This document shows positions 27,150 through 35,870 of a DNA stretch of 64,000 nucleotides, in pieces. Numbering within the stretch: the first letter of the stretch is position 1; every line of letters begins with the position of its first letter. The position numbers were made by a program, and so were the translations under genes. The stretch covers positions 1 to 64,000 of IMG/VR virus record IMGVR_UViG_3300018080_000098; one strand, written 5' to 3'. The notes below the pieces were generated by a model, which ran no database searches, had not been told where the DNA came from, and worked only from the letters and a program-made list of their open reading frames with translations.

Positions 27150-28256
27150 CTACGCCGCCTCCGCTTCACGCTCGCTCAGGATACGCTTAGCTTCCTCTTC
27201 GGCCAGCTTCACTTTTTGCTTCCAGGCGCGCACCTTCAGCGTAAGGCCGAGGGTCATCTCCCTGCGGGCCCAGTAGTTCTTGTGCCGCTTGCTAGGCTTG
27301 TAGGCCGTCTCCCACGGCTTACCCCAGAAAGCCCAAACAGGAACTTCCACTCCAGTATCCTCGTCACCGTTACACCAGGCTACCGGGTCCATACCCTTCA
27401 GCCCGTGCTTGATGAACGCAGCCTCGCTCACCCGGATAGGGAAGTTCAGACGCTTGATGAGAGCCCGAAGCTTCGACAGATGCTCCTCAGCAGCTTCCAT
27501 CCCAGCTCGAGTCTCCGCCACTTCCAGGTAGTCCCCTTCCAGCTCGAAACCTTCCAGCTCCGCCTCGAAGGCCATGACCTCGACTTCCAGCTTCGCTCCC
27601 GTTTCCTTGGAAAAGTAAGACCCCTTTTCTACGGGGAACTTCTTCCGAAGCTTCCGCACCACAGCCCCGTAGTGCTGACTCTCGTCCTGCAGACGAAGCA
27701 CAGCAGCCTTGGCCACGAGATACGGACGACCGTAAATACTCGACCAACGCCCAGGGTTCACAGTGTAGGTCAGCTTGATTTCGTCGGCCAGCTCTCCGCT
27801 GTCTCCGAAGATCTCGATGGTCTGCCACGCATCCTCGTCCCGGAACTCCCCGTCCGCTCCACAGAAGTTGAAAGCGCGAAACGCTCCCACCCCTCCGTCC
27901 TTGATGACCTGAGCATCCTTGATCAGCAGCCCCAGGTTCGGAAGATGCTTATGGCACGACGGTGCCAGCACTTCCCCATGACGGTTGTCCCGCGACAGAA
28001 CGATTTCGTTGCTGCGCTCCACCCGAGGACCAGCTGCCCGGTAGGTCGGGATGTTGATGACGGTATTACCCTTCACCAGCTCCATGATGAGGGCAGGCAG
28101 GTCCAGCTCCATCGTGGTAGTCCCATCCTCACCCTCGAACTGCCGAGGCTTACGTCCCTTCAGGTCGCAGCCCCACCCCTCAAGGTAATCCCCCACCTCA
28201 GCCACTACGTCGCGGCTGCGGTCACTCAGTTGATCGAGAAATTTCTGAAAATCCAT
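27150..28256 (-). CDS. Hypothetical protein
   Basis: About 368 aa; GAAACGGAG RBS. Confidence 0.8.
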   Translation of the reverse strand: MDFQKFLDQLSDRSRDVVAEVGDYLEGWGCDLKGRKPRQFEGEDGTTTMELDLPALIMELVKGNTVINIPTYRAAGPRVERSNEIVLSRDNRHGEVLAPSCHKHLPNLGLLIKDAQVIKDGGVGAFRAFNFCGADGEFRDEDAWQTIEIFGDSGELADEIKLTYTVNPGRWSSIYGRPYLVAKAAVLRLQDESQHYGAVVRKLRKKFPVEKGSYFSKETGAKLEVEVMAFEAELEGFELEGDYLEVAETRAGMEAAEEHLSKLRALIKRLNFPIRVSEAAFIKHGLKGMDPVAWCNGDEDTGVEVPVWAFWGKPWETAYKPSKRHKNYWARREMTLGLTLKVRAWKQKVKLAEEEAKRILSEREAEAA

Positions 28257-28343
28257 TTTGCTTCTCCGTTTCAATTGCTCTCACATAATAACGACGCATC
28301 AATACGTCGTCAAGAAAAAAATGCGAAAACAACTAACGGAGAG

Positions 28344-28793
28344 CTACTGCGGAAGGCCCAATTCTTTGGTTCCCTTGTACCATTCGGTAAAGGGTTTCCA
28401 CGCTCCACCCTTCGGACCACTCATCCGAAAGTCTCCCACCTCTACCTCTAAATATTTATTCGAGTTAGCGTCCCGCATCTTGAGCACCACACTCTTTCCC
28501 TTGTCTACCTCTGCCCTGCGCAGAACGTCTTCCACCCGCATGACATCCTTCATGGTTGGCTTCCGGATGACAATAGAACCCATTTCTGTGATTCGCTTGT
28601 TCACCTTGTCCGTCCTCCCCAGGTGCTCAGCTGTCACCCTACCCCTCGCGTCGTCCAACGCTACTACCATCTTTTTCTTCATACGCTTCGTAGCACGCTC
28701 AGCGATAGGACGAAACGCTAGCTTATCCACACCCTTTGGGAATTCCTTTACGCGGATGATGAAATCTATCACGACGAACTTTTCCTGTTCCAC
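28344..28793 (-). CDS. Hypothetical basic protein
   Basis: GGAGG RBS and a GTG start. Confidence 0.7.
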   Translation of the reverse strand: MEQEKFVVIDFIIRVKEFPKGVDKLAFRPIAERATKRMKKKMVVALDDARGRVTAEHLGRTDKVNKRITEMGSIVIRKPTMKDVMRVEDVLRRAEVDKGKSVVLKMRDANSNKYLEVEVGDFRMSGPKGGAWKPFTEWYKGTKELGLPQ

Positions 28794-28851
28794 AGCAAAC
28801 CTCCGTGTACGTAAGTCTCCCCTCGCATTTTACAAGATAGCCTGGAGATTC

Positions 28852-29148
28852 TTAGCCAGCAGATTTGCGGTCTTTTTCGATACGGTCCAGCGCTTCTTGC
28901 ATCTTGCGTTGCCACTTCTTCGTAGAACGAGGCTTCTCCTGATACGCTTTCTTTCCCGGGGCCTTACGCCGCTTCCCCCACACAATCTCCGTCGCACCCA
29001 TGTACAACTGGCAAGCTTGCGCCAGGTCGATACCGTCACGCCTACCAGCTCTGTCTACGACGAAATACTTGTCCTGTGCAGGAGTCGTGCACAGCGTGTG
29101 CCCGTCTTCCAGTTTCGCCAAGGGCTGTATCTCTGTGCTATGGCTCAT
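28852..29148 (-). CDS. Hypothetical protein
   Basis: Packed ORF in the operon. Confidence 0.6.
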   Translation of the reverse strand: MSHSTEIQPLAKLEDGHTLCTTPAQDKYFVVDRAGRRDGIDLAQACQLYMGATEIVWGKRRKAPGKKAYQEKPRSTKKWQRKMQEALDRIEKDRKSAG

Positions 29149-29476
29149 TGGAAATCTCCCTCCGCACGCGCCGCTTGGTCCGCTCTTCCAGCACTCCCTT
29201 CGGCGCCCGTGTCAAGTCCCGTGGCAGAACGTACTTGAAGTCGTAGTAGTCGAAGTAGCGTGTCCACTCTTCGTCGTCTTCCAGCACAGCTTTTACCGAA
29301 ACCTCAGCGCGCAGCTTTCCATCCTTTCGCTTGAAGTCGATGACCTTCCCGAACGCTTGTACACCCTCCCACTCAAACTCCACCATGTTCCCAATGGAAA
29401 AGCCATCCATCTCATCTTTGCTGGCACGCTTTCCACGAGGGCCTTTGTAGTTTTTAAGATGTTCTCCTCTAGGCAT
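29138..29476 (-). CDS. Hypothetical SH3/KOW-like protein
   Basis: FSIGNMVEF...FGKVIDF; GGAGG RBS. Confidence 0.65.
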   Translation of the reverse strand: MPRGEHLKNYKGPRGKRASKDEMDGFSIGNMVEFEWEGVQAFGKVIDFKRKDGKLRAEVSVKAVLEDDEEWTRYFDYYDFKYVLPRDLTRAPKGVLEERTKRRVRREISNEP

Positions 29477-29491
29477 TATTCCCTCCTCCCA

Positions 29492-30910
29492 TTAAGGTAC
29501 CAGAGCTAGCTTCCGCCGACCCACCGAGAAGTCTTTCGTAGTAAACTCTCCCGGCGCCATCTTCGCCAACTCATTATTCACTCGCTGCCGAAGCTCCGCA
29601 GCAAAGTTTACCAGCTGCTCCAGCTCCGCATCCGTGTACTGGTCGTGAGGATACACGAGCTTCACCAGCCCAGACACCAGCTTCTCCACCGCCACCACGT
29701 CACGCCGTGTCATATTTGACGCCAACGAAACCTGATGTGCCACGTCACGCCGGTCCCGCGTCCGCAACGTTCCCAGCACCTGGCCCAGATAGTCCACCAC
29801 CAGGCCGTATCCCTGGCTAATCGAGGTCGGACTCAGTTTCGGAATTTCCCATCCTGGTAGATACCCGTGCACCCTGTCCAGAAAAGCGGTGTCCTGCAGC
29901 ATCGCGGGCAACGGCTCGAACAGATGTCCGTACCTACCATCCGGTTCCTTCCCCACCACATCCAGGTTCCCTGCTAGAACCATAGAGGAATCTGAAGAGT
30001 ACGTCTTGCCCCCTCGAGCAAACTGCCCCGACTCCATGAAATCCTTCAGCATGGAAATAGTCGAGATGTTGTCGAACCTCGTGCTTGCAATCTCGTCCAG
30101 CTGCACAATCTTGTACGACCCCAGGATGCCCATCGTTCCCGTAGTTACGTTGGCAAACAGGCTCGCCGCCGACACGTTCGCTCCCGAGGCAGTGTACACA
30201 GACGGGGATACGTTACGCAGCAGAAACGTTTTACCAGTCTGCCGAGGACCCAGCTCCATCACGTTCAGGTTGGGCTCCACAGCGGGCGCCAGCCGCACCA
30301 GGTACAGCAGCTTCTCCCGCTCGCTCAGCCTATCCGTCTCGTACCCAACCGACGTCAGCAGAACGTCGATCCACTCCTCCGTCGTAAACTTCCCCCGCCG
30401 CTGGGCAAAGTCTTCCGCGCTGGGGCAGTCTGCTTGGAAGGGCATCACGCCGACCACCACTACTCTGTTCGGGCTCCGCGGGCCAGCGGGTGGAAGATAC
30501 TTCAGGCGGTACGCGCCCCACAGTCCTCCCGTTAGCAGCCGGGGATAGTCATCCACGATCTGCTCCAGGATTTCTGCACGGTTCTCCCCGAGGAAAGTGA
30601 GCGCGCACACGAGCGCACCTGTTTTGAGGTTGACGGTTACCATCGCTTTGTCGATGATGACAACCTCGTGTTCCTTGACGAGCTTGGCCTTAACGACTTC
30701 GCGGGTATCGGCTTCGGGGAAGATCTTGGCCACGTGTTCGCGCATGCGTTTCATATCAGCTTGCGCTTGAGATTCTTTGACGTGGTTGGCGATCAAATAT
30801 TCGACAACGTACTGGGGGATGCGGGGGAGCCCGGCATCGCGTACGAGTGCCTTGCGGACCACTACTCCGTCGAAGATGCGTCTGAGCTTATGTACTGTTT
30901 GAGACTTCAT
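29492..30910 (-). CDS. brxL: BrxL-like MCM-family ATPase lacking the Lon protease domain
   Basis: IPQYVVEYLI; MELGPRQTGKT (Walker A); QLDEIA; LKDFMESGQFARG; DTAFLDRVHGYLPGWEIPK. Protein ends right after the ATPase domain. Confidence 0.85.
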   Translation of the reverse strand: MKSQTVHKLRRIFDGVVVRKALVRDAGLPRIPQYVVEYLIANHVKESQAQADMKRMREHVAKIFPEADTREVVKAKLVKEHEVVIIDKAMVTVNLKTGALVCALTFLGENRAEILEQIVDDYPRLLTGGLWGAYRLKYLPPAGPRSPNRVVVVGVMPFQADCPSAEDFAQRRGKFTTEEWIDVLLTSVGYETDRLSEREKLLYLVRLAPAVEPNLNVMELGPRQTGKTFLLRNVSPSVYTASGANVSAASLFANVTTGTMGILGSYKIVQLDEIASTRFDNISTISMLKDFMESGQFARGGKTYSSDSSMVLAGNLDVVGKEPDGRYGHLFEPLPAMLQDTAFLDRVHGYLPGWEIPKLSPTSISQGYGLVVDYLGQVLGTLRTRDRRDVAHQVSLASNMTRRDVVAVEKLVSGLVKLVYPHDQYTDAELEQLVNFAAELRQRVNNELAKMAPGEFTTKDFSVGRRKLALVP

Positions 30911-31016
30911 CCGTTGTAACACCTCCGTTTCGCATCGCACATCAAACATAGCAATTCCGCTTGCCGTTGTCAAGCGGCAATCGGGAATTGCAGCGAAATT
31001 TCAAACGGTTGGGAAT

Positions 31017-31682
31017 TTACGGATGCTGCTGAATCAGTTGCAAAAATTGACGCAACTTCCGCGGGTTGGAGTGGAGCAGCACTATGGAATACTTTTTACC
31101 ACGAAGGACGCGGCGGCGCAAGGCACGCCACATTTTCTTGGCAGACCACCGGTAGTCCTGCACGTGCGCGGGGACGTGTGTCAATTTTAATCTGCGTGCT
31201 GCGCGCCAGGTTTTCTTGCAGCGAGATAGGAAGGGAGCTCGCCAGAGTGTAGGGTTAGCTTTGCTGTAGCGGTAGACTAGCTTCTGTGTTCGTTTGAGCT
31301 CTCGGTAGACCTTCTTGGCTGATAGCTTGCACAGGTTCTTGTGGGTTAATGAATGGTTCCCTACAGCATGCTTGTCTTTCAGGATGGCCAGGAATGCTCC
31401 GTACAGTCTTTTGAATCCGGGGTCTTTGGGGTACCTACTGTAGTAGTACAGGGGCCATCCTACCACAAAGAAGGTTGCTCGTATCTTGTGCTTGCGCAGT
31501 ATCTTGAGGATGGCAAGGGTATAATTATTAGGATGGTCGTCGACGGTCCAGCACACCTTGTGGGGGTGTTTCAGAACAGAAATTTTTTGGCAGAGTAATC
31601 CGGAAGGGGGTGTGGCGAGAACTGCTGATTTTGTATAGAGAGATGCTACCAGTAGAACTCCCACAGCAATAGTGTATCGCAT
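31017..31682 (-). CDS. NodB/CE4 polysaccharide (peptidoglycan) deacetylase with N-terminal signal anchor
   Basis: WTVDDHP, RATFFVVG, VGNHSLTH, WRAPF, IVLLH; hydrophobic N-terminus. Confidence 0.85.
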   Translation of the reverse strand: MRYTIAVGVLLVASLYTKSAVLATPPSGLLCQKISVLKHPHKVCWTVDDHPNNYTLAILKILRKHKIRATFFVVGWPLYYYSRYPKDPGFKRLYGAFLAILKDKHAVGNHSLTHKNLCKLSAKKVYRELKRTQKLVYRYSKANPTLWRAPFLSRCKKTWRAARRLKLTHVPAHVQDYRWSAKKMWRALRRRVLRGKKYSIVLLHSNPRKLRQFLQLIQQHP

Positions 31683-31684
31683 AG

Positions 31685-32296
31685 CTACTCGAAGGGAATG
31701 AGGTCGCCCATGTCTTTCGCAAGCGTAGGAGTCTCTGTGCAATCTATGTCGACCCCGAAATATTTCTCGGGGTCTTTGGCGTGCATGCGTGAGGACGTGG
31801 CTAGTTTCACGTGGTTCGTGATCAGTATCTGCAGATACTTGTACATTCCTAGCTGGCGCTTGCTGCCCGGGTTTTTGTGCTGCGCTGCCAGGTGCTTCAG
31901 CATCTTGTGCACCGAGCGAGGAAGAGGGACTTGGACTAGCACCGTGTCCTCCTCCACGAGCTCTTCCATATCCTCCGGGATGAAGGAGTCTATCGTGGTG
32001 GCCACGAGGTTGGCGAGCTCGAGGAGTCTCTGCTTGCCAGCGGGGGACAGGTTCTGGGATGCCTGGTACTGCTGCGCCAGGTCCGATACCAAACCCTTCT
32101 TCCTACCTCGCATGAAGTGAGCTAGGCGGTGCACCAGGTCGTGGCACGATCCACACAGCCACACCAGGTTCTCCGGATCGTCCTTCTCGCCACCGTAGCC
32201 TTGGGGCCGCTTGTGGTGCTCGTGCAGTAGCCGTGTGTCGACAGGCATTCCCTGGTGCACGTAACAGCGAGCGGTTTGGTATTTTTCAGCAGGCAT
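31685..32296 (-). CDS. HNH endonuclease-domain protein
   Basis: LHEHHKRPQGYGG...ENLVWLCGSCHDLVH. Confidence 0.8.
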   Translation of the reverse strand: MPAEKYQTARCYVHQGMPVDTRLLHEHHKRPQGYGGEKDDPENLVWLCGSCHDLVHRLAHFMRGRKKGLVSDLAQQYQASQNLSPAGKQRLLELANLVATTIDSFIPEDMEELVEEDTVLVQVPLPRSVHKMLKHLAAQHKNPGSKRQLGMYKYLQILITNHVKLATSSRMHAKDPEKYFGVDIDCTETPTLAKDMGDLIPFE

Positions 32297-32334
32297 CGCT
32301 ATCTCTTACCAACCAACATTTTGTATAGAGAGGG

Positions 32335-32565
32335 CTACTGCACACGCAGGATGCCTTTGTGTAGCAATCCAAACAGATTGCTGGACCGATTGATCAACCC
32401 CGGTTCCGTATACTTCGGGGCGAGCTCTACCGTGCTCAACCCGGGGATCAGCACCGTTCGTACGCCGCCTTCTGCCAACGGGATCTTGACCATTGCCTGG
32501 CCGGGATGAGGGTTGTACACTACGACCTTTCCTTCGACGATCGCTCTCGCTAGTTTCTTGCTCAT
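32335..32565 (-). CDS. Small hypothetical virion-region protein
   Basis: Packed downstream of the tape measure gene. Confidence 0.65.
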   Translation of the reverse strand: MSKKLARAIVEGKVVVYNPHPGQAMVKIPLAEGGVRTVLIPGLSTVELAPKYTEPGLINRSSNLFGLLHKGILRVQ

Positions 32566-32571
32566 CGTTTT

Positions 32572-35361
32572 TTATCCTGTCTTCGACGTGTTGGTTATCG
32601 GTGGGTTGTCCGCCCTGGTCTGGTCGATGCCTTTCACCAGGTTGGCTATGCTGAACACGAGTTTTTGCGCAGGGAGGTTGTACTCCATCGTTCCGCTGAC
32701 TGAGTTGAGCTTGCCTTCCTGGGCCAACCCTTCGCCCCCTTCTCCAGTTCCTTCTATCTTGAGATTGAGCGCTGTTGCTGCTGCTTCTTGTGCCCTCTGC
32801 GTTTCCTTGCCTTGGGCGAGCTCCCCTATGAGTTGTACTGCTAGCGGTGTTCCTCTTGCTTGCTGCATCAGCTCTTTGTAAGCTTGTACGTCTGTAAGGC
32901 GCCCCTCTGCTCTCCTCGCGCTTAGCTCATCTAGTCGCTTCGAAAGAGCTCCCTGCGTTCCCGTTACCTGCTCCCGCGCTTGCTTCGCTATGTCCCCTAG
33001 CGTTCCAGCTCCCATTGCAGCCATCACTTGTTTCTGCTTTTCTTCCGCTTCCTTCTTCGCTCCCTCTTTAACAATGACCGCTTCATCCGCTTTTTTCTGG
33101 GCCCGTTCTAACCGCTGTTGTAATGGGCTTTTAGAAGTCTTCTTTTCCGGAGCCGTTTTTTCAGGTGGCCCCTTTTTTGTTTTTTCTTCTGTGTTCTTTT
33201 TCCTTTGCGCAGCGCGTAGCTTTGCGATTTGGCTGCTTAGCTCAACGTCAGATTTACTTTTGCGTCTGACCACGAAATCTTCCCACCAACTTTTTTCTGA
33301 TGCCGGACCGGCGCGGTAGGCGAGCTGTTCCTTCTTCGAGACCAGTGCATCATTTATAGCTCCCAATCCTTTGTATATCCCGGCTGCAACCATAGCGTAG
33401 ACGTTACCAGACAGCAACGCCAAATTGGCTGTCATATCATCTCTTCCTTGCTGCCCCATCAACCCCATCATTCCTGCCGCACCCATTGCCATTCCCCCTC
33501 CTCGTACAGCCATACCTCCGTACCTGCCAAATCGTCCTCCCCCCGGTGTAGCGGCAGCTCCTGCGGGAGTTAAAGGCATTCCCGATCTGGCAGCTGAAGC
33601 TGCTGTAGCAGCTCTTCTTGATGCGTAGGTACCTCTCCGAGCTCCCCTTCCAGCTCCTCCTGGTAATCCTCCTCCCCGTCCACCTATTCCACCACTAGAA
33701 TAAATAGCTCTTTCTATACGGATGAGCGCACTGTACTCTTTCCACCGAGCACGTGCGAGCGCTATCAAACTAGCACCAGCAGCCGCCAATGTTATATAGA
33801 TATTTTCTTTCAACCAATTAATTATCTGGTCGGTCCACTTAGCAATCTTCGCCGTGAACAAGAAAGTCTTCTCTGTAGGCGTTAACGCCTTTTTCGCTAA
33901 CTCCGCTTGCTCTTCTCTATACTTGTTCGCTGCCTCGTTTGCTGCTTTATCATCACCAGCAAACTCCTCCATCTTGTTCATAAATCCGCTACCCGGTCCC
34001 AGCTGCTCCGCTAGAATACGCGCCGCTATTGGATTCTTCTGAAGCTCCGCGTTACCCTGGATAATCTCATTGCGCAACTGAGTCGGCAGATCGGAAAACC
34101 GTTTTAGCACCATCGCCATCAAACGCGGGTCCCCCTTAGCTGCCTGGAGAACTTCCCGCATCGCTTGGATCTCGTTCAGAGTACCTTTTTTGATCCCTTC
34201 ACTAACAAACTTCAAACGTCGCTTAACACGCTCATCTCCAGCTGCAGCAAACTCATCTATTCGATTCATGATATCGTGTGCAGATTGTACACCGAAAATA
34301 TTTTTAAGCTGCGTACTCTGCAAGGTGGTCAGAAGTTTCACCACCCCAGAGTTCATACTTTTGATTTCCTCTACGTTCAGTCCCGCCTCCCTGCCTATCT
34401 TCTGCAACGGTACCAGCGCAGCCGCAAACGCCCCCGTGTTCAAAGCACCAAACTTCATCGCCTCACTGGCTTCCTGCATGGTAGCCATCCAGTCCTGTGC
34501 TTTGAGGTTTGCCTTCTCTAACTCACCTGGCGTCTTGCGGAGCTCCTTCAAATACGTATCATACGCCTTTGCCACCAACATCGTTTCATTCTGTGCTTCT
34601 TTGAGCGTCCTGTTGGTACGTCGCATACGTTCGTCGGTGTATGCCATGAACTTAGGTAAATCCATCCCCAACCGACGCGTCAGCAGCAGTGCATCCCGCG
34701 ACAGGTCCTTCAGCACTCCCCGACTATCTTTGTATGCTTGGATCTGTGTGATAAATTGTTTCCTGGCTGCCTCCTGAATCTTCATCCCCTCATCAGAGGA
34801 AATGTAGAATTCGTCCATAAGTTCGTTGGTAATTTTATATTGCTGCCAAACTAGATTAACACTCTTCTGTAAACCCTTGCTTGCTTTCTCCTGCATCCCC
34901 GTGTGGTACAACAAAGATCTCGTGTAGAGTTCTTGCCCTTCACGGAGAACTTTCAAATGGCGATTGTACTGTGCAGTTACATTGGTAAGCTTTTTGAACT
35001 CGACTACTGCTCCTGTAGCCGCTTGCTTCATTGTATTGGTAGCGTGCGTGGCACCAAAGGTTTCGTCCGTGTACTTCTTTAGCTGCTGCCAACTTTCCTT
35101 CAACTTGTCGTTGAGTGTCTGTGCTTCTTCCGCAGCTCGCTTCGCACGACGGCCAAAGTTCTGTGTCTTGTCTGCAGCAGGAACAATAGTCTGGCTGTAG
35201 CGCTGTATGTTAGCTGCACTTTCGCTCAGCGCCCTCCCCATTTCCTTAGACGCTTTGGTAGCCTCGTCCAGAGATGCAGACATCCCTTCGCTGGTTTTTG
35301 TAACCGCCTCGGTTTTTTTACTGAGGTCGTCTACTCCAAAGAGATCATCGTTGTCAGCCAT
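32572..35361 (-). CDS. Putative tape measure protein
   Basis: 929 aa; helical, Ala/Lys-rich with a Gly-rich hydrophobic segment; follows a frameshifted chaperone pair in the tail module. Confidence 0.7.
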   Translation of the reverse strand: MADNDDLFGVDDLSKKTEAVTKTSEGMSASLDEATKASKEMGRALSESAANIQRYSQTIVPAADKTQNFGRRAKRAAEEAQTLNDKLKESWQQLKKYTDETFGATHATNTMKQAATGAVVEFKKLTNVTAQYNRHLKVLREGQELYTRSLLYHTGMQEKASKGLQKSVNLVWQQYKITNELMDEFYISSDEGMKIQEAARKQFITQIQAYKDSRGVLKDLSRDALLLTRRLGMDLPKFMAYTDERMRRTNRTLKEAQNETMLVAKAYDTYLKELRKTPGELEKANLKAQDWMATMQEASEAMKFGALNTGAFAAALVPLQKIGREAGLNVEEIKSMNSGVVKLLTTLQSTQLKNIFGVQSAHDIMNRIDEFAAAGDERVKRRLKFVSEGIKKGTLNEIQAMREVLQAAKGDPRLMAMVLKRFSDLPTQLRNEIIQGNAELQKNPIAARILAEQLGPGSGFMNKMEEFAGDDKAANEAANKYREEQAELAKKALTPTEKTFLFTAKIAKWTDQIINWLKENIYITLAAAGASLIALARARWKEYSALIRIERAIYSSGGIGGRGGGLPGGAGRGARRGTYASRRAATAASAARSGMPLTPAGAAATPGGGRFGRYGGMAVRGGGMAMGAAGMMGLMGQQGRDDMTANLALLSGNVYAMVAAGIYKGLGAINDALVSKKEQLAYRAGPASEKSWWEDFVVRRKSKSDVELSSQIAKLRAAQRKKNTEEKTKKGPPEKTAPEKKTSKSPLQQRLERAQKKADEAVIVKEGAKKEAEEKQKQVMAAMGAGTLGDIAKQAREQVTGTQGALSKRLDELSARRAEGRLTDVQAYKELMQQARGTPLAVQLIGELAQGKETQRAQEAAATALNLKIEGTGEGGEGLAQEGKLNSVSGTMEYNLPAQKLVFSIANLVKGIDQTRADNPPITNTSKTG

Positions 35362-35396
35362 AACAAGTTCCTACAATTGTTCCAATAAGAATATCG

Positions 35397-35870
35397 CTAC
35401 TTTCCTACTACTTTTGGTCGGATGAAGGTTCCTACGAAATCCAGGAACTGGTCCCGATCTGTAGATTCATACAGGTCCACGATGTCACTACTCTTAACCC
35501 ACTTCGGCGCGTTGATGCCGACCTTGCTACCGAACGACTTCCGAACGTGGTCCAGCAAATTGGGTTCCATGATTGCCGCCAACGGAATGAACAGTTCGTC
35601 AGGAGCCATTCTACGCTTGCCGCCACCACGGTCCCGCATTGCTTCTATGTCATCTCTCTCCCATAGTACCCCCAAAGCCTTCTTGAGATCTCTAAACCTC
35701 TCCTCCTCTACCAGCGTCTGCCAGTAGTCCATGAACAACAAGGCGGTCTTGTTCTTCCACAAATCCTTCGCTTTGGACTCCGTCGGAAGAACGCCTGCTC
35801 GCGCTATGACTCGTCCCCAGACTGCGAGTTCGTCGTCGTCTCTACTTCTTGGGATGGCATGGCTAAAGGG
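35397..35870 (-). CDS. Tail assembly chaperone -1 frame extension (T-like ORF)
   Basis: The -1 frame is open from the slippery site C CCU UUA (35870-35864) to 35397: FSHAIPRSRDDDELAVWGRVIARAGVLPTESKAKDLWKNK... Confidence 0.65.
   Translation of the reverse strand, partial: PFSHAIPRSRDDDELAVWGRVIARAGVLPTESKAKDLWKNKTALLFMDYWQTLVEEERFRDLKKALGVLWERDDIEAMRDRGGGKRRMAPDELFIPLAAIMEPNLLDHVRKSFGSKVGINAPKWVKSSDIVDLYESTDRDQFLDFVGTFIRPKVVGK

Noticed and set aside
31685-32296. Mobile homing endonuclease or intron
   Set aside because: It does not interrupt any gene, no intron or intein hallmarks are visible, and it is translationally coupled within the operon.
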